A stretch of DNA of 25,988 nucleotides from positions 1 to 25,988 of IMG/VR virus record IMGVR_UViG_3300040856_000154; one strand, written 5' to 3'. Shown here one piece after another: positions 1 to 9,642 of the stretch; within the stretch, counting starts at the first letter, position 1; every line of letters begins with the position of its first letter. The DNA comes from a virus. Its lineage: Duplodnaviria > Caudoviricetes. Made by a program: the position numbers and the translations under genes. The notes beneath the pieces were generated by a model, which worked only from the letters and a program-made list of their open reading frames with translations, was not told the origin of the DNA and did not search any database.

Positions 1-2
1 AC

Positions 3-305
3 ACCACCTCTGACCTACGCCTCAAGGAAAACATCGAACCGCTAGTCGCTACCGACAAGCTGATGGCGATGAACCCTGTGTCGTACAATTGGAAGGCTGA
101 CCCTGACGGCCCACGTTCTATGGGCTTCATTGCACAAGAGATGCAAGAGGTAATGCCAGAGGCCGTAGCTGTTGGCGATGATGAAGATGCGATGATGTCT
201 ATGGATTACGGACGCATCACACCGATATTGGTGTCTGCGTTGCAGGATGCACATCGTAAGATTGAACAACTGGAACAGCGTATCGCTGATATGGAGGCTA
301 AATAA
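3..305 (+). CDS. C-terminal end of tail fibre/spike protein with peptidase S74 intramolecular chaperone domain (5'-truncated by window)
   Basis: Frame is open from position 3: TTSDLRLKENIEPL...MNPVSYNWK...GFIAQE...DYGRITPILVSALQ + coiled coil. Carries the S-D-x-R-x-K autocleavage and GFIAQE motifs of S74 chaperones. Confidence 0.9.
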   Translation, partial: TTSDLRLKENIEPLVATDKLMAMNPVSYNWKADPDGPRSMGFIAQEMQEVMPEAVAVGDDEDAMMSMDYGRITPILVSALQDAHRKIEQLEQRIADMEAK

Positions 306-955
306 TGGCTGTTGATTTAGGGCCGGACGGCCTCACACTTGGTTCAACTACTGTCAGCGATTGGGCTGATGTGGGCGGTGGTGGCGGTTCAGTAAGCCGC
401 TCTTTCACCAGTAGCGGTAGCTTTTCTGTGACAAGCGGCTCTGCCTTCACCGTGTTTGCTGTTGGCGGCGGTGGTGGAGGTGGAAACCCCTCTGGAAACT
501 CAGGTACCGCTGGCGGGGGCGGTGGTGGCGCAGGTGGCTGGGCTGTTTGCACACCAAATGCAAATGGGACTTGCACAGTCACCATTGGGTCTGGCGGCTC
601 ATCTGGTGGAAACTACGGTCAAAGTGGAAGTACAGGCGGCACCACTACAGTATCATTCCCCGGCGGCTCCGTAACCCTTGCGGGTGGCAGTGGTGGCGGT
701 GGCGGCAACACTTATCCTCCGGGTGGTGGCGGTGGTTCACCATCCTACTCTGGTGCAGTTGTCTTAATTGGTGCAAGAGGAGGTAATGGGGCACAAGGAA
801 GCAGAGGCGGCGACACCAACCATATGGTAGGGCAAGGCGGTGCTGGTGGTTTCTTTGGCGGGAACTTTGGAAGTGGCGGCACTGGAAATACCTACGGTGC
901 TGGTGGCGACAACAAACAAAGCGGCAGAGCCGGAATGGTATTAGTTTGGGAGTAA
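305..955 (+). CDS. Glycine-rich tail-tip/adhesin-like protein
   Basis: 216 aa with multiple GGGGG/GAGG blocks after an FTSSGSF..VFAVGGGG lead-in, ending GxAGxVLVWE. TAATG coupling to the fibre gene. Confidence 0.7.
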   Translation: MAVDLGPDGLTLGSTTVSDWADVGGGGGSVSRSFTSSGSFSVTSGSAFTVFAVGGGGGGGNPSGNSGTAGGGGGGAGGWAVCTPNANGTCTVTIGSGGSSGGNYGQSGSTGGTTTVSFPGGSVTLAGGSGGGGGNTYPPGGGGGSPSYSGAVVLIGARGGNGAQGSRGGDTNHMVGQGGAGGFFGGNFGSGGTGNTYGAGGDNKQSGRAGMVLVWE

Positions 956-961
956 TTAGAT

Positions 962-1273
962 ATGGCGACATATAAACTTGTAGAAAACGGCGTCATTTCA
1001 AACACCGCAGAGTTTGATGATGCAGATTTTGCCGCATCTCTTGGGTATGTCTTAGCTGGCGAAGGCGATGGCATAACTACGACTATTGATTTCGGCGGCA
1101 TTGATGAACTCAGGGCAGAAAGAGATGCACGGTTATCAGCTACCGATTGGTGGGCAATGCCAGACACCCCCGACATGACCGCAGAACAAACTGCATACCG
1201 TCAAGCCTTGCGTGACATCACCAACACATATCAATCGCTAGACACTGTTGTCTGGCCTACTAAGCCAGAGTAA
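962..1273 (+). CDS. Tail fibre assembly chaperone
   Basis: C-terminal LRAERDARLSATDWW..D......YRQALRDIT....VVWPTKP motif typical of phage tail-fibre assembly chaperones; GGAG RBS upstream. Confidence 0.8.
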   Translation: MATYKLVENGVISNTAEFDDADFAASLGYVLAGEGDGITTTIDFGGIDELRAERDARLSATDWWAMPDTPDMTAEQTAYRQALRDITNTYQSLDTVVWPTKPE

Positions 1274-1285
1274 GGAGCAAACACA

Positions 1286-1633
1286 ATGGCAAACACATAC
1301 ACATGGGATTTCCCAACACTTGACACAGCCCCCACCGAAGGTGCTTTGTCAGACGTAATCAAAACAATTCACTGGCGTATCACCGCTGTCAGTGACACTG
1401 AACAAGACGATGAAGGCAACTACCTGTCAACATCAGCATATGGCACAGCAAGTGCTGGCGAAGCAGATGCAGATAACTTTGTAGCATTTGACAGTGTTAC
1501 AAAAGACTGGTGCAAAGCAAAGGTTCTTGAGTCACTTGACAAAACAGAAGCTGAACTACAGGCAATGCTTGACACAAAGATTAACGACATGGCGAACCCA
1601 CCTATCGTGGGCAAAGTACCTGCTGGGTGGTAA
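1286..1633 (+). CDS. Tail-associated hypothetical protein
   Basis: AAGGAG RBS. 115 aa with a TYTW..VIKTIHWR..FVAFDSVT..W..P.GW pattern of the kind seen in small marine-phage tail-module proteins. Confidence 0.7.
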   Translation: MANTYTWDFPTLDTAPTEGALSDVIKTIHWRITAVSDTEQDDEGNYLSTSAYGTASAGEADADNFVAFDSVTKDWCKAKVLESLDKTEAELQAMLDTKINDMANPPIVGKVPAGW

Positions 1634-1636
1634 GCG

Positions 1637-1861
1637 ATGGAAATGACCAGCCTCATTGATATGTTACTTGGCCTTGTTGTGGCAGGGGTAGCTTGGTTTC
1701 TTAGTGAACAAAACAAAGAACAGAAGCGAATAAACATCCTTGTGAACAAGACACGTGAAGAGTACGCAACCAAGTTTGAATTGCGTGATGATATGAGGCA
1801 GGTCATGGATGCATTGCATCGTGTTGAAGATAAGCTAGACAAAGTATTGAGTAGGGAATAA
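1637..1861 (+). CDS. Small single-TM, coiled-coil membrane protein (holin-like candidate)
   Basis: N-terminal hydrophobic helix LIDMLLGLVVAGVAWFL followed by a coiled coil (LHRVEDKLDKVL). Confidence 0.55.
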   Translation: MEMTSLIDMLLGLVVAGVAWFLSEQNKEQKRINILVNKTREEYATKFELRDDMRQVMDALHRVEDKLDKVLSRE

Positions 1862-1864
1862 GGT

Positions 1865-3997
1865 ATGGCAATGTTCAAAGCATTTAAACCTAGTGGCATG
1901 GAGAAGATTGCACGTGCCATGGGTTATCAAGGCAATATGCAGGGCTTTCAAGATTACCTTGCTCAAGACCCTATGCGTCAACAGCAGATGCAACAGTATC
2001 AGCAGAAGGCTATGATGATGGCACAGGGTGGTGTAGTTAAGAAGTATCAAGAAGGTGGTGACGTAACAGACACAACAACTACAGACACAACTACACCTAC
2101 AACAGATAGAACAATTGGTCAAACAACTGTAGAACGTATGTATACACCGGGATTGCCAACTGGTGGAGTAACAACAGCCGCCGCAACTCCATATGCTCCT
2201 TCTCAAGAAATTACGGCAGGAACAGGTGCAGTTACAGGTGCAGTGGCTGTTCCAACAGCAATGGCTGGCACTTCTTATGCGGCAGGTCCTGCTGAAACGC
2301 AAGCAGCACAAATGCAGGCTACCCAAGCAGCACCTGCTATTGACACTGCTTTGCAAGCGACTCAAGCGGCACAAGCAAATCCTCAAGACCCTCGTGCGCA
2401 AGTTACTGCCGCACAGCAAACTGCTAGTTCTGTAGGTAATTTGCAAGCAGCACAGGGTAATGCGGCTCTTATAAATAATCCTGTACAACGACAGATTCAG
2501 CAAGGCGAACTTATTAGTGGTAATGCTGTAGATGCAAATAAAATTGCACAAGCAACTGCCCAGATTCAAGCGGCTCAAGCAACACCAACACAACAAGCTA
2601 CAGTACAAGGTCAATTAGATGGTCTTATGCAACAGTTTCAAGGTGGTGCTACACCAGCGTGGGCGGCAGGCGCAATGCGCAATGCTACTGCAATTATGGC
2701 ACAGCGTGGTTTAGGTGCTTCATCACTTGCTGGACAAGCTCTTGTTCAAGCCGCTATGGAAAGTGCATTACCTATTGCACAGGCTGATGCCCAAACACGT
2801 GCTACATTTGAAGCACAAAACTTGTCTAATCGTCAACAAGCGGCAATGATGGCGGCAGAGCAACGTGCAAGATTTTTAGGACAAGAGTTTGATCAAGAGT
2901 TTCAATCACGTGTTCAAAATGCTTCACGCATTGCCGATATTGCTAATCAAAACTTTACTGCAGAACAACAGGTTCAACTGGAAAACAGTCGTGCTGCAAA
3001 TACAATGAATCTTAACAACCTGTCAAACAGACAGGCTCTTGTGTTGGCAGAAGCAAGTGCGCTTGCTAATTTAGATACTTCTAATCTTAATAATCGTCAG
3101 CAAGCCGCTGTTCAAAATGCACAAAACTTTTTGCAGACAGATTTAACAAATCTTTCAAATCAACAACAAACAGACTTGTTTAAAGCGCAACAGCGTGTGC
3201 AGTCTATGTTTACAGATCAAGCCGCAGAAAATGCCGCACGTCAATTTAATGCTACCAGTCAGCAACAAACCGATCAGTTCTTTGCTAACTTGGCTAATCA
3301 GGTAGCACAGTTTAATGCATCACAAGCAAATGCACAGGCACAATTTAATACAGGTCAGGTAAATACACTTGAACGGTTTAATGCCGAATTGAACAATCAG
3401 CGTGATCAGTTCAATGCGCAGAATCAATTGGTGATTGCACAGAATAATGCACAGTGGCGTAGAGAAATTGCAACGGCAGACACTGCCGCAGTTAATCGTG
3501 CTAATGAACTAAATGCCGCCGCTGTATTGGATATGTCTAATCAAGCCTATGCAAATTTGTGGACATACTATGCTGATACAATGGAATGGGCATGGACATC
3601 TGCCGAAAACTCACAAGATCGTTATGCAGATATGGCAATCGCAGAACTTGATGCGCAGACAAGAAAAGATGTACAAAATGAAATTTCTTCTACTGCGTCT
3701 GGTACTGCTGTAGGTGGTCTAGTAGGAACAGTTTTGGGTGCTGGTATTGAACACGGTTTTGGTAAGTTATTCTGCTGGGTGGCACGTGAAGTATATGGTA
3801 AGGGTGATCCACGTTGGTATGCATTCCGTCTGTGGATGAAGTATGATGCACCTAAATGGCTCTATAAACTTTATCAGAAACATGGTCAAAGTTACGCCAA
3901 GTTTATTTCAAACAAACCTGTTATGAAATGGGCAACTAAAAAACTTATGGACTTGATTATTGAACGGAAACGGAGTAAAATAGATGCGTGGGTATAA
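1865..3997 (+). CDS. Probable internal virion/ejection protein (Q/A/N-rich helical) with glycine zipper and C-terminal CFI-box-CTERM-like domain
   Basis: 710 aa. Long AQ/NAQ-rich helical body, then GTAVGGLVGTVLGAG, then CWVAREVYG...RW..FR.W...W.YKLY..HG..YA.FI..KP. Confidence 0.65.
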   Translation: MAMFKAFKPSGMEKIARAMGYQGNMQGFQDYLAQDPMRQQQMQQYQQKAMMMAQGGVVKKYQEGGDVTDTTTTDTTTPTTDRTIGQTTVERMYTPGLPTGGVTTAAATPYAPSQEITAGTGAVTGAVAVPTAMAGTSYAAGPAETQAAQMQATQAAPAIDTALQATQAAQANPQDPRAQVTAAQQTASSVGNLQAAQGNAALINNPVQRQIQQGELISGNAVDANKIAQATAQIQAAQATPTQQATVQGQLDGLMQQFQGGATPAWAAGAMRNATAIMAQRGLGASSLAGQALVQAAMESALPIAQADAQTRATFEAQNLSNRQQAAMMAAEQRARFLGQEFDQEFQSRVQNASRIADIANQNFTAEQQVQLENSRAANTMNLNNLSNRQALVLAEASALANLDTSNLNNRQQAAVQNAQNFLQTDLTNLSNQQQTDLFKAQQRVQSMFTDQAAENAARQFNATSQQQTDQFFANLANQVAQFNASQANAQAQFNTGQVNTLERFNAELNNQRDQFNAQNQLVIAQNNAQWRREIATADTAAVNRANELNAAAVLDMSNQAYANLWTYYADTMEWAWTSAENSQDRYADMAIAELDAQTRKDVQNEISSTASGTAVGGLVGTVLGAGIEHGFGKLFCWVAREVYGKGDPRWYAFRLWMKYDAPKWLYKLYQKHGQSYAKFISNKPVMKWATKKLMDLIIERKRSKIDAWV

Positions 3998-4193
3998 TCC
4001 GGCTCTGGTTGCTTACAGGGCAATAGATTTAGATAAAATTCCAACAGAAATGGAACAGAAACCATCTGGTGGTTTGCTTGCCCCAAAAAAGTCTATGGAC
4101 AAATCGTCTGATTTAGACAAGCAACCTGCTATGCGAACAATCGCTCATATGAAGATACTCCGTAAACGAAGGGAGCAAATAAATGGCTCTTGA
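3984..4193 (+). CDS. Hypothetical protein (structural module)
   Basis: 69 aa ORF overlapping both neighbours; GGAG upstream. Confidence 0.6.
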   Translation: MRGYNPALVAYRAIDLDKIPTEMEQKPSGGLLAPKKSMDKSSDLDKQPAMRTIAHMKILRKRREQINGS

Positions 4194-4710
4194 TGAACCT
4201 AGACTTGATGCACCCATTCCGGGCATGTCAATGTTGCACGAAGTTGGTGCAAGACCTTGGCAATCGCCACCAAAACTTACTACAGTAGACGAGGCTGTAG
4301 ACTATTACCTTGAGCGTATGTCTTCTGATGAGTTTCTTGATCAATTAGAAGATGTTCTTGAAATGGGCATTCCAATCACCAATGTTGCTAATGTTCTTCA
4401 ACTTGGCGGTGTCATGGAAGGTGTACATACTGTCGATGTAGGTATGTTGGTATTACCTGTTCTTGTAGAAATGATAATGCTTGTTGGCGATAGTGCTGGC
4501 ATTGAGTATGACAGTGGTTTGGACAAACAGGCAGGTTTAAATAAAAACAGAACTAGAAATACTCTTGTTGCTAAAACAGCACGTAAACTTCAGATTGAAC
4601 TGAACGAAAAGGCTAATAATAAAGATAAAAATGATATAACAGAAGTAGAAGTAGAAAAGCCAAAAGAAGAAAAGATGGAATCAGGTCTTATGAGTAGGAG
4701 AGCAAAATGA
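4183..4710 (+). CDS. Hypothetical virion-associated protein
   Basis: GGGAG RBS; 175 aa with DAPIPGMS..E.G.RPWQSPP motif; ATGA overlap with next gene. Confidence 0.75.
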   Translation: MALDEPRLDAPIPGMSMLHEVGARPWQSPPKLTTVDEAVDYYLERMSSDEFLDQLEDVLEMGIPITNVANVLQLGGVMEGVHTVDVGMLVLPVLVEMIMLVGDSAGIEYDSGLDKQAGLNKNRTRNTLVAKTARKLQIELNEKANNKDKNDITEVEVEKPKEEKMESGLMSRRAK

Positions 4711-5792
4711 GTTTTATGGCTGGTCTTGCAGGTGGTCTTGCTAAAAGTATTGATGAACGTCTTAAAGACGGTATGCGCAGAACTGAAGAACGGGCTGACC
4801 GTATTCTTGAGCGTACCAGTATTCGTGCTGAACGTGAAGCAGAACGTGTAGAAAAAGAAGAACGTGAAGTAGCCGATTTGCTCACAGCATTCTCTAACAT
4901 GATTGATGAAAGTCAAATTCCAGAGGGTATGACTAAAATGGACTATGCCGCTGGCCTATATAGACGTGGCGGCGGTACTATTGAAGGTGCTACTACTTAT
5001 CTTGCAGACTTACGTGAACATCAAAAGAGTGGTGGGAATGTATCTTCTCTTGTTAATTATGCTTCCCTTAAAACTGGTGGCTATGGTGAAGCCGATTATA
5101 TCAATCAGTTTGTTCGTAGACCAGATACATTGGTTCGTGTACCAGAAGGCATGAAAGGTGGCGCAGGATTGTATGGTAAATTGTTTGATGTTGATGTCAC
5201 TGAAGGGCTTCAAGCAGAAATGGATGCTAGTTTCGGAGTACAAAAACCTGTTACTAAAATTGAAATGGATCAACTTCAATTTAAAGAAGGTGCAAAATTG
5301 GTTGGTGCAGAGCAATATGAAATGCAAAGAAAGAAAGATGAATTGGCTATTAGAACTGCAGAAGCGGCTCTTTCAAAGCAGAAAAAAGAAATTGCGCAAA
5401 TGGGTACTCTAGGTACATCAGACATTCGTGGCTTTTATAGTGATTTTGAGGATCAGCATGTTAAAGCTCTTGGTGGCACTCGTAATCCAGATACTGGTGA
5501 TTGGATTGCACCTCAAGGAAGACCAGATGCCATTAAACGAGGTATAGGAAATGCTCTTGCCTCTTTATCAAAACAAGCAGTTGCATCTAATAACTCTCAC
5601 TATAAACCTGAAGTTCAGGCTGCATTGGTTGGATATGCAGGTGCTGCAATAGTAAATGATCCACCAGAAAATGGAAAACTAGAAATAGGTAGAGTTTATA
5701 GCAAAGTCATAAATGGTGTTGCTACAAAAGTATTATATCTTGGCTATGATGCAGATGGAAATAAAATTGAGCCAGTAGTAGGTCAGTATTAA
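4707..5792 (+). CDS. Probable internal virion protein
   Basis: 361 aa; N-terminal MSFMAGLAGGLAKSI Gly/Ala helix followed by a charged coiled coil, typical of podovirus ejection proteins; AGGAG RBS. Confidence 0.6.
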   Translation: MSFMAGLAGGLAKSIDERLKDGMRRTEERADRILERTSIRAEREAERVEKEEREVADLLTAFSNMIDESQIPEGMTKMDYAAGLYRRGGGTIEGATTYLADLREHQKSGGNVSSLVNYASLKTGGYGEADYINQFVRRPDTLVRVPEGMKGGAGLYGKLFDVDVTEGLQAEMDASFGVQKPVTKIEMDQLQFKEGAKLVGAEQYEMQRKKDELAIRTAEAALSKQKKEIAQMGTLGTSDIRGFYSDFEDQHVKALGGTRNPDTGDWIAPQGRPDAIKRGIGNALASLSKQAVASNNSHYKPEVQAALVGYAGAAIVNDPPENGKLEIGRVYSKVINGVATKVLYLGYDADGNKIEPVVGQY

Positions 5793-5793
5793 C

Positions 5794-8700
5794 ATGTCAA
5801 CAGAATACATAACTGTTCAAGAAGCTGAAAAAATGGCTGCGCAAAGTCGTGCTAGTCGTAACACTGTAGCAACAGGTGTATCTGCTGCACCACCAAGCAC
5901 TTCGCCAGATGATTTGGATGATACTTATATTACCACAAAAGAAGCAGATGTTATGTCTGGTAAAAAAACTCAAACAGACATTATGCTTGAAGAAGGGCAG
6001 CCAGTTGAGCAACCTACTGTAGAAGATATTCCTGCTGAATCTTATTCTATAAAAGATTTAGAGGACGATGAAGAGTTTATCAGAGATGTCCTTCAATACA
6101 GACAAGATAAATATGGCACAGAAAAAGATGTAGGAACAGGTATTCCTGTTTTTGGACGTGGCTTTGGTTTATTTGAGCAAGAATTAACAAATGAAAATAT
6201 TGTAGATGATTACATGGATGAATATCGTGGAATCATTGCTAACTCTATAAATGCTTATGCTGAATATGATCGTATTAAAAGCCTCAATGAATCTGCTAGT
6301 CTCGCTCGCCAAGAAGGTAATATTGAACTTGCTGCTGAATATGAGCGTAAAGTTGCTACAGCAAAACGTGTATTTCAAAAAGCTGACAATGTAGCTGGTT
6401 TATTAGATTGGAACAAACGATATGAGGGTAAGTCAGCATTCCAGCAAGCACAAGAAGCCTTTGGTCTTATTCCGGGTTATTTTGCTCCCATAATTAGTGA
6501 TCCTTTAACTGCTGTTTCTCTTGGTGCTGGTAAACTTATTGGTTCGACTGCACAAGCTACTGCTACACGGGCTATCTTACAATCTGCATTTGTAAGTGGC
6601 GGTGCAGAAGCAGTTGCTGCGGGTGGAACAGATTTACTTGTTCAAGGTGCTGAAATTGAAATGGGCATCAAAGAAGAAATTGACAAGGAAAGGCTGGCAA
6701 CTGTTGTAGGCGTTTCTGCACTGACTGCTGGTGCATTATCAGCTTATGGAACTCGTAATTCTTTAAAGAAAATTAATAAAGTCTCTCGTGGCAGTCTTGA
6801 TGAAGCATTAAAAAAGAATCAAGAAACACAAGTTGCCGCAGCACGTGAAACAAATAAGAAACTAAAATCTACCTCATTTGACATCCGTCAAGGCTTATTT
6901 GCCGATGTTGAAAAAACATATGGTGCAGAAGCTGTAGTTAAAGATAAGAATGGAAACTATGTAAGCCTAAATTCAAAAGTTATCCGTGAAAAATCTAAAG
7001 GCGTAACAAAAGAGGCACTTGGAGAAATAGATGAAGAGACATTTGATGTAGCAATCAATGTTGAAAGTTTTGAGCGTGTGACAGCGGGTGTTGCAGAGGT
7101 AGTTGAGGGAATTAAAACTGGCTCTATAAAACTTCCAGACGAAGATATGGCTGCCCAACTTACTGCTCCATTACGTAAAAGAGACGGAGAGACTGTAAGT
7201 GAACGCATGTTTAATATTCTTACTCGTGTGGAAGATAAATCTCTTGACGAAGCAACAAAAATTTTTGGTAAATATGGTATTACACAAAAAGAACTAGCCG
7301 CTGTAATGTTTGCAGAAGCAAGTATTGCAGGTCAAAAACTTAATCGTGTATCGCAACTTGCTAAAGCGTTCAGTCGTTCAGCAAGAAAGGCTACAGATGC
7401 AGAACTTGCAGAAGAAGCAGAGCAGATTGCCGCAGCAAAACTTGGTGAAACATTTAGACGATTAGAAGATATTCGTAGACTATCACTTGTTAGTGGTATT
7501 GCCACTGCTGTAAGAAACAATACTTCTCAAGTAATGAGGTCTGGTATTGATACTCTTGTATACGGATTTGAATCTGGACTTCATCAAGTTGCTGGAACAG
7601 GACGTAAGCGTTTTACAGCAACAGCTGATTTTGTAAAGTCCAGACGTGACCGTTTAGTTCGTCAGTACATGGATGAAGGAATGACGGAATCTGATGCATT
7701 TTTACGTGCTAAAAAAGAAACAAGGTTTACTGCTATTACTGGCGGTTTTGAACATTCTCTTGCACAAGTAAGAAGTACCTTTATTGATCAGCAAGACAGT
7801 GCAACAATTGCGCAGTTTATATTGGATATGAATCCAGATCAAAAACGCAGATTTTATGCGCAGTATTCTGAAGTTAGAAATAAATTAAGACAAAAAAACT
7901 CTAATCAAAACGCATTAGCAGGTAAAGGAAATGGCTTATCTAAAACAGATCAACTACTTGACGGGTGGGAAGGCGCAGTAAACACATTTAATTTTTTCAA
8001 CCGTCTGCAAGAAGCTATTTATCGTAACGGTTCTTTCACTGCATCTATACAGCGACAGTTGTATAATAAAGGCATAGACATGCTAGATGTTCTTGAAGCA
8101 GGAAAAATTACAGAAAATATTAGTGAAGAAATGGTAGCAAAAGCCGTTGATGATGCTCTTGAATTTACTTATGCCTCACAACCAAAGTTTGGCCCATTTA
8201 AAACTTTAAACAACTTTATTGTTCAATCAGGTTTGACGTTAGCAATTCCATTTCCACGGTTTATGTTCAAAGCTATTGAGATGACATATAACTACAATGT
8301 AACTGGTGCGGGAACTGCGGCACTTCGTGCTATTTGGCAGAAAAGTACGACAGGTCAAGTATCAGATGGGGTATATCGGCAAGCGGCTGAAGGACTTGCT
8401 GGTGGACTACCAATGCTTGCTCTTGGTTATCTTCTAACTGATCCTGATAATGATATGGTTGGTTCAGAATGGTATATGTTAAAAGATGGAATGGGTAATG
8501 AAGTTGATGCAAGACCTTTCTTTCCACTTACTCCATATCTTTTAATTGGAACAATGATCCATCGTAAAGGTAGAGATGTACCAGCATTTAGTGGCGCAGA
8601 ATTGTTAGAAGGATTTACTGGAGCTAACTTCCGTGGTTCTGGTGCAATGTCAAAGTTTACCGAAGATATGATTGCTCTTTTATCAGGAGAAGATGAAGTA

Positions 8701-9477
8701 AAAAATAGAAACTTTGCTAATACTCTAGGTAAGTATTTAGGTGAAGCAGCCAGTGGTTATGGTCAACCTATATACCAATTTGCAGACATATTCCAAGGTG
8801 AGTCTGTTAGAAGAATGGATTATAAAGAAGACCCAAACTATAAAAACGGTTTATCCGCTTTTATGTCAGGGTTTGGTGAACCCTTTTTAAGTAGATTGGA
8901 TCGTGTTCCACTTTTAGGTGCTGGCATTGAAGAAGAGGATTATGCAGAAGACCCAAGATTTGCAGATGTGCCTGAACGAGTTATGCCATTTATGAAAATA
9001 CTATTTGGTGCAACACTATCTCGTATACCACCAAAGTATGTAAGTACGCTAGGTCAGTATGGATTTACCTATAGAGACTTTATGGCTCGTACAAATATTC
9101 CTTCTCTTAATCGTTCAATTAACAGAGAAATGGGCTATCGTATGAACATGGAAATGCCACAGGTTCTTGCTGATCTTGATGAGGCACGTAATAAGGATGG
9201 CACACTGATGTTTGACAGTTCTGAAAAACAAGCATTTATAGCTGATTACATTCGTGATCTCAAAAAAGATGTGTATGCTGATGTGAAGACAATGGGTGAA
9301 GATGAAGCTGTTGGTGCTACAATTAAAAGATTTAGAGTTATTAACGCGAGAAAAAGAAGAGCCGCCATTAAAAAGTTTAAAGAAAATAATCCTTTTGGAG
9401 CAAAGGACTATGATCCATTTAATATTGAGCATATGGAATATCTAATAGACTTGGCTAAATCCTATCAGTATGAATAA
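5794..9477 (+). CDS. Large internal virion/ejection protein
   Basis: 1227 aa, mostly helical with Ala/Gly hydrophobic segments; last gene of the structural arm. No enzyme motif recognised. Confidence 0.65.
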   Translation: MSTEYITVQEAEKMAAQSRASRNTVATGVSAAPPSTSPDDLDDTYITTKEADVMSGKKTQTDIMLEEGQPVEQPTVEDIPAESYSIKDLEDDEEFIRDVLQYRQDKYGTEKDVGTGIPVFGRGFGLFEQELTNENIVDDYMDEYRGIIANSINAYAEYDRIKSLNESASLARQEGNIELAAEYERKVATAKRVFQKADNVAGLLDWNKRYEGKSAFQQAQEAFGLIPGYFAPIISDPLTAVSLGAGKLIGSTAQATATRAILQSAFVSGGAEAVAAGGTDLLVQGAEIEMGIKEEIDKERLATVVGVSALTAGALSAYGTRNSLKKINKVSRGSLDEALKKNQETQVAAARETNKKLKSTSFDIRQGLFADVEKTYGAEAVVKDKNGNYVSLNSKVIREKSKGVTKEALGEIDEETFDVAINVESFERVTAGVAEVVEGIKTGSIKLPDEDMAAQLTAPLRKRDGETVSERMFNILTRVEDKSLDEATKIFGKYGITQKELAAVMFAEASIAGQKLNRVSQLAKAFSRSARKATDAELAEEAEQIAAAKLGETFRRLEDIRRLSLVSGIATAVRNNTSQVMRSGIDTLVYGFESGLHQVAGTGRKRFTATADFVKSRRDRLVRQYMDEGMTESDAFLRAKKETRFTAITGGFEHSLAQVRSTFIDQQDSATIAQFILDMNPDQKRRFYAQYSEVRNKLRQKNSNQNALAGKGNGLSKTDQLLDGWEGAVNTFNFFNRLQEAIYRNGSFTASIQRQLYNKGIDMLDVLEAGKITENISEEMVAKAVDDALEFTYASQPKFGPFKTLNNFIVQSGLTLAIPFPRFMFKAIEMTYNYNVTGAGTAALRAIWQKSTTGQVSDGVYRQAAEGLAGGLPMLALGYLLTDPDNDMVGSEWYMLKDGMGNEVDARPFFPLTPYLLIGTMIHRKGRDVPAFSGAELLEGFTGANFRGSGAMSKFTEDMIALLSGEDEVKNRNFANTLGKYLGEAASGYGQPIYQFADIFQGESVRRMDYKEDPNYKNGLSAFMSGFGEPFLSRLDRVPLLGAGIEEEDYAEDPRFADVPERVMPFMKILFGATLSRIPPKYVSTLGQYGFTYRDFMARTNIPSLNRSINREMGYRMNMEMPQVLADLDEARNKDGTLMFDSSEKQAFIADYIRDLKKDVYADVKTMGEDEAVGATIKRFRVINARKRRAAIKKFKENNPFGAKDYDPFNIEHMEYLIDLAKSYQYE

Positions 9478-9509
9478 AAAGAGGGGGGCTTAATTGCCCC
9501 CTTCAGTTT
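9476..9509. terminator. Rho-independent terminator at convergence of the two arms (likely bidirectional)
   Basis: AAAAA-GAGGGGGGC-TTAATT-GCCCCCTTC-AGTTT: 9-bp stem with a U5 tail on the - strand and a weaker tail on the + strand. Confidence 0.8.
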
Positions 9510-9642
9510 GCCAGTATTCTGTTTTCCACCATCCGTTATACTCTTTTGCACAGCCGCAATAAGTGTTTAGTGCAGTCATACCTAACATATAAAGAAACCA
9601 GAAAGTATAAAAGCAAATAATACTCCACTTAACGGTTGTCAC
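9490..9642 (-). CDS. Small membrane protein (about 50 aa; GTG start inferred)
   Basis: Distal part of track ORF 9490..9732: TTVKWSIICFYTFWFLYMLGMTALNTYCGCAKEY.. with one TM segment; fills the gap after MazG. Confidence 0.45.
   Translation of the reverse strand: MTTVKWSIICFYTFWFLYMLGMTALNTYCGCAKEYNGWWKTEYWQTEGGN

Noticed and set aside
298-2614. Antisense/alternate-frame ORFs (Pro-rich 298..585, 645..971, 1420..1920, Cys-rich 1835..2614)
   Set aside because: Shadows of Gly-rich and Gln/Ala-rich sense genes; no RBS or family motifs.
2800-3540. Apparent repeats (NLSNRQ / QFNA) in the 710-aa gene as a CRISPR array or DGR repeat
   Set aside because: Degenerate protein-level repeats in frame; no fixed nucleotide repeat-spacer pattern and no reverse transcriptase in the window.
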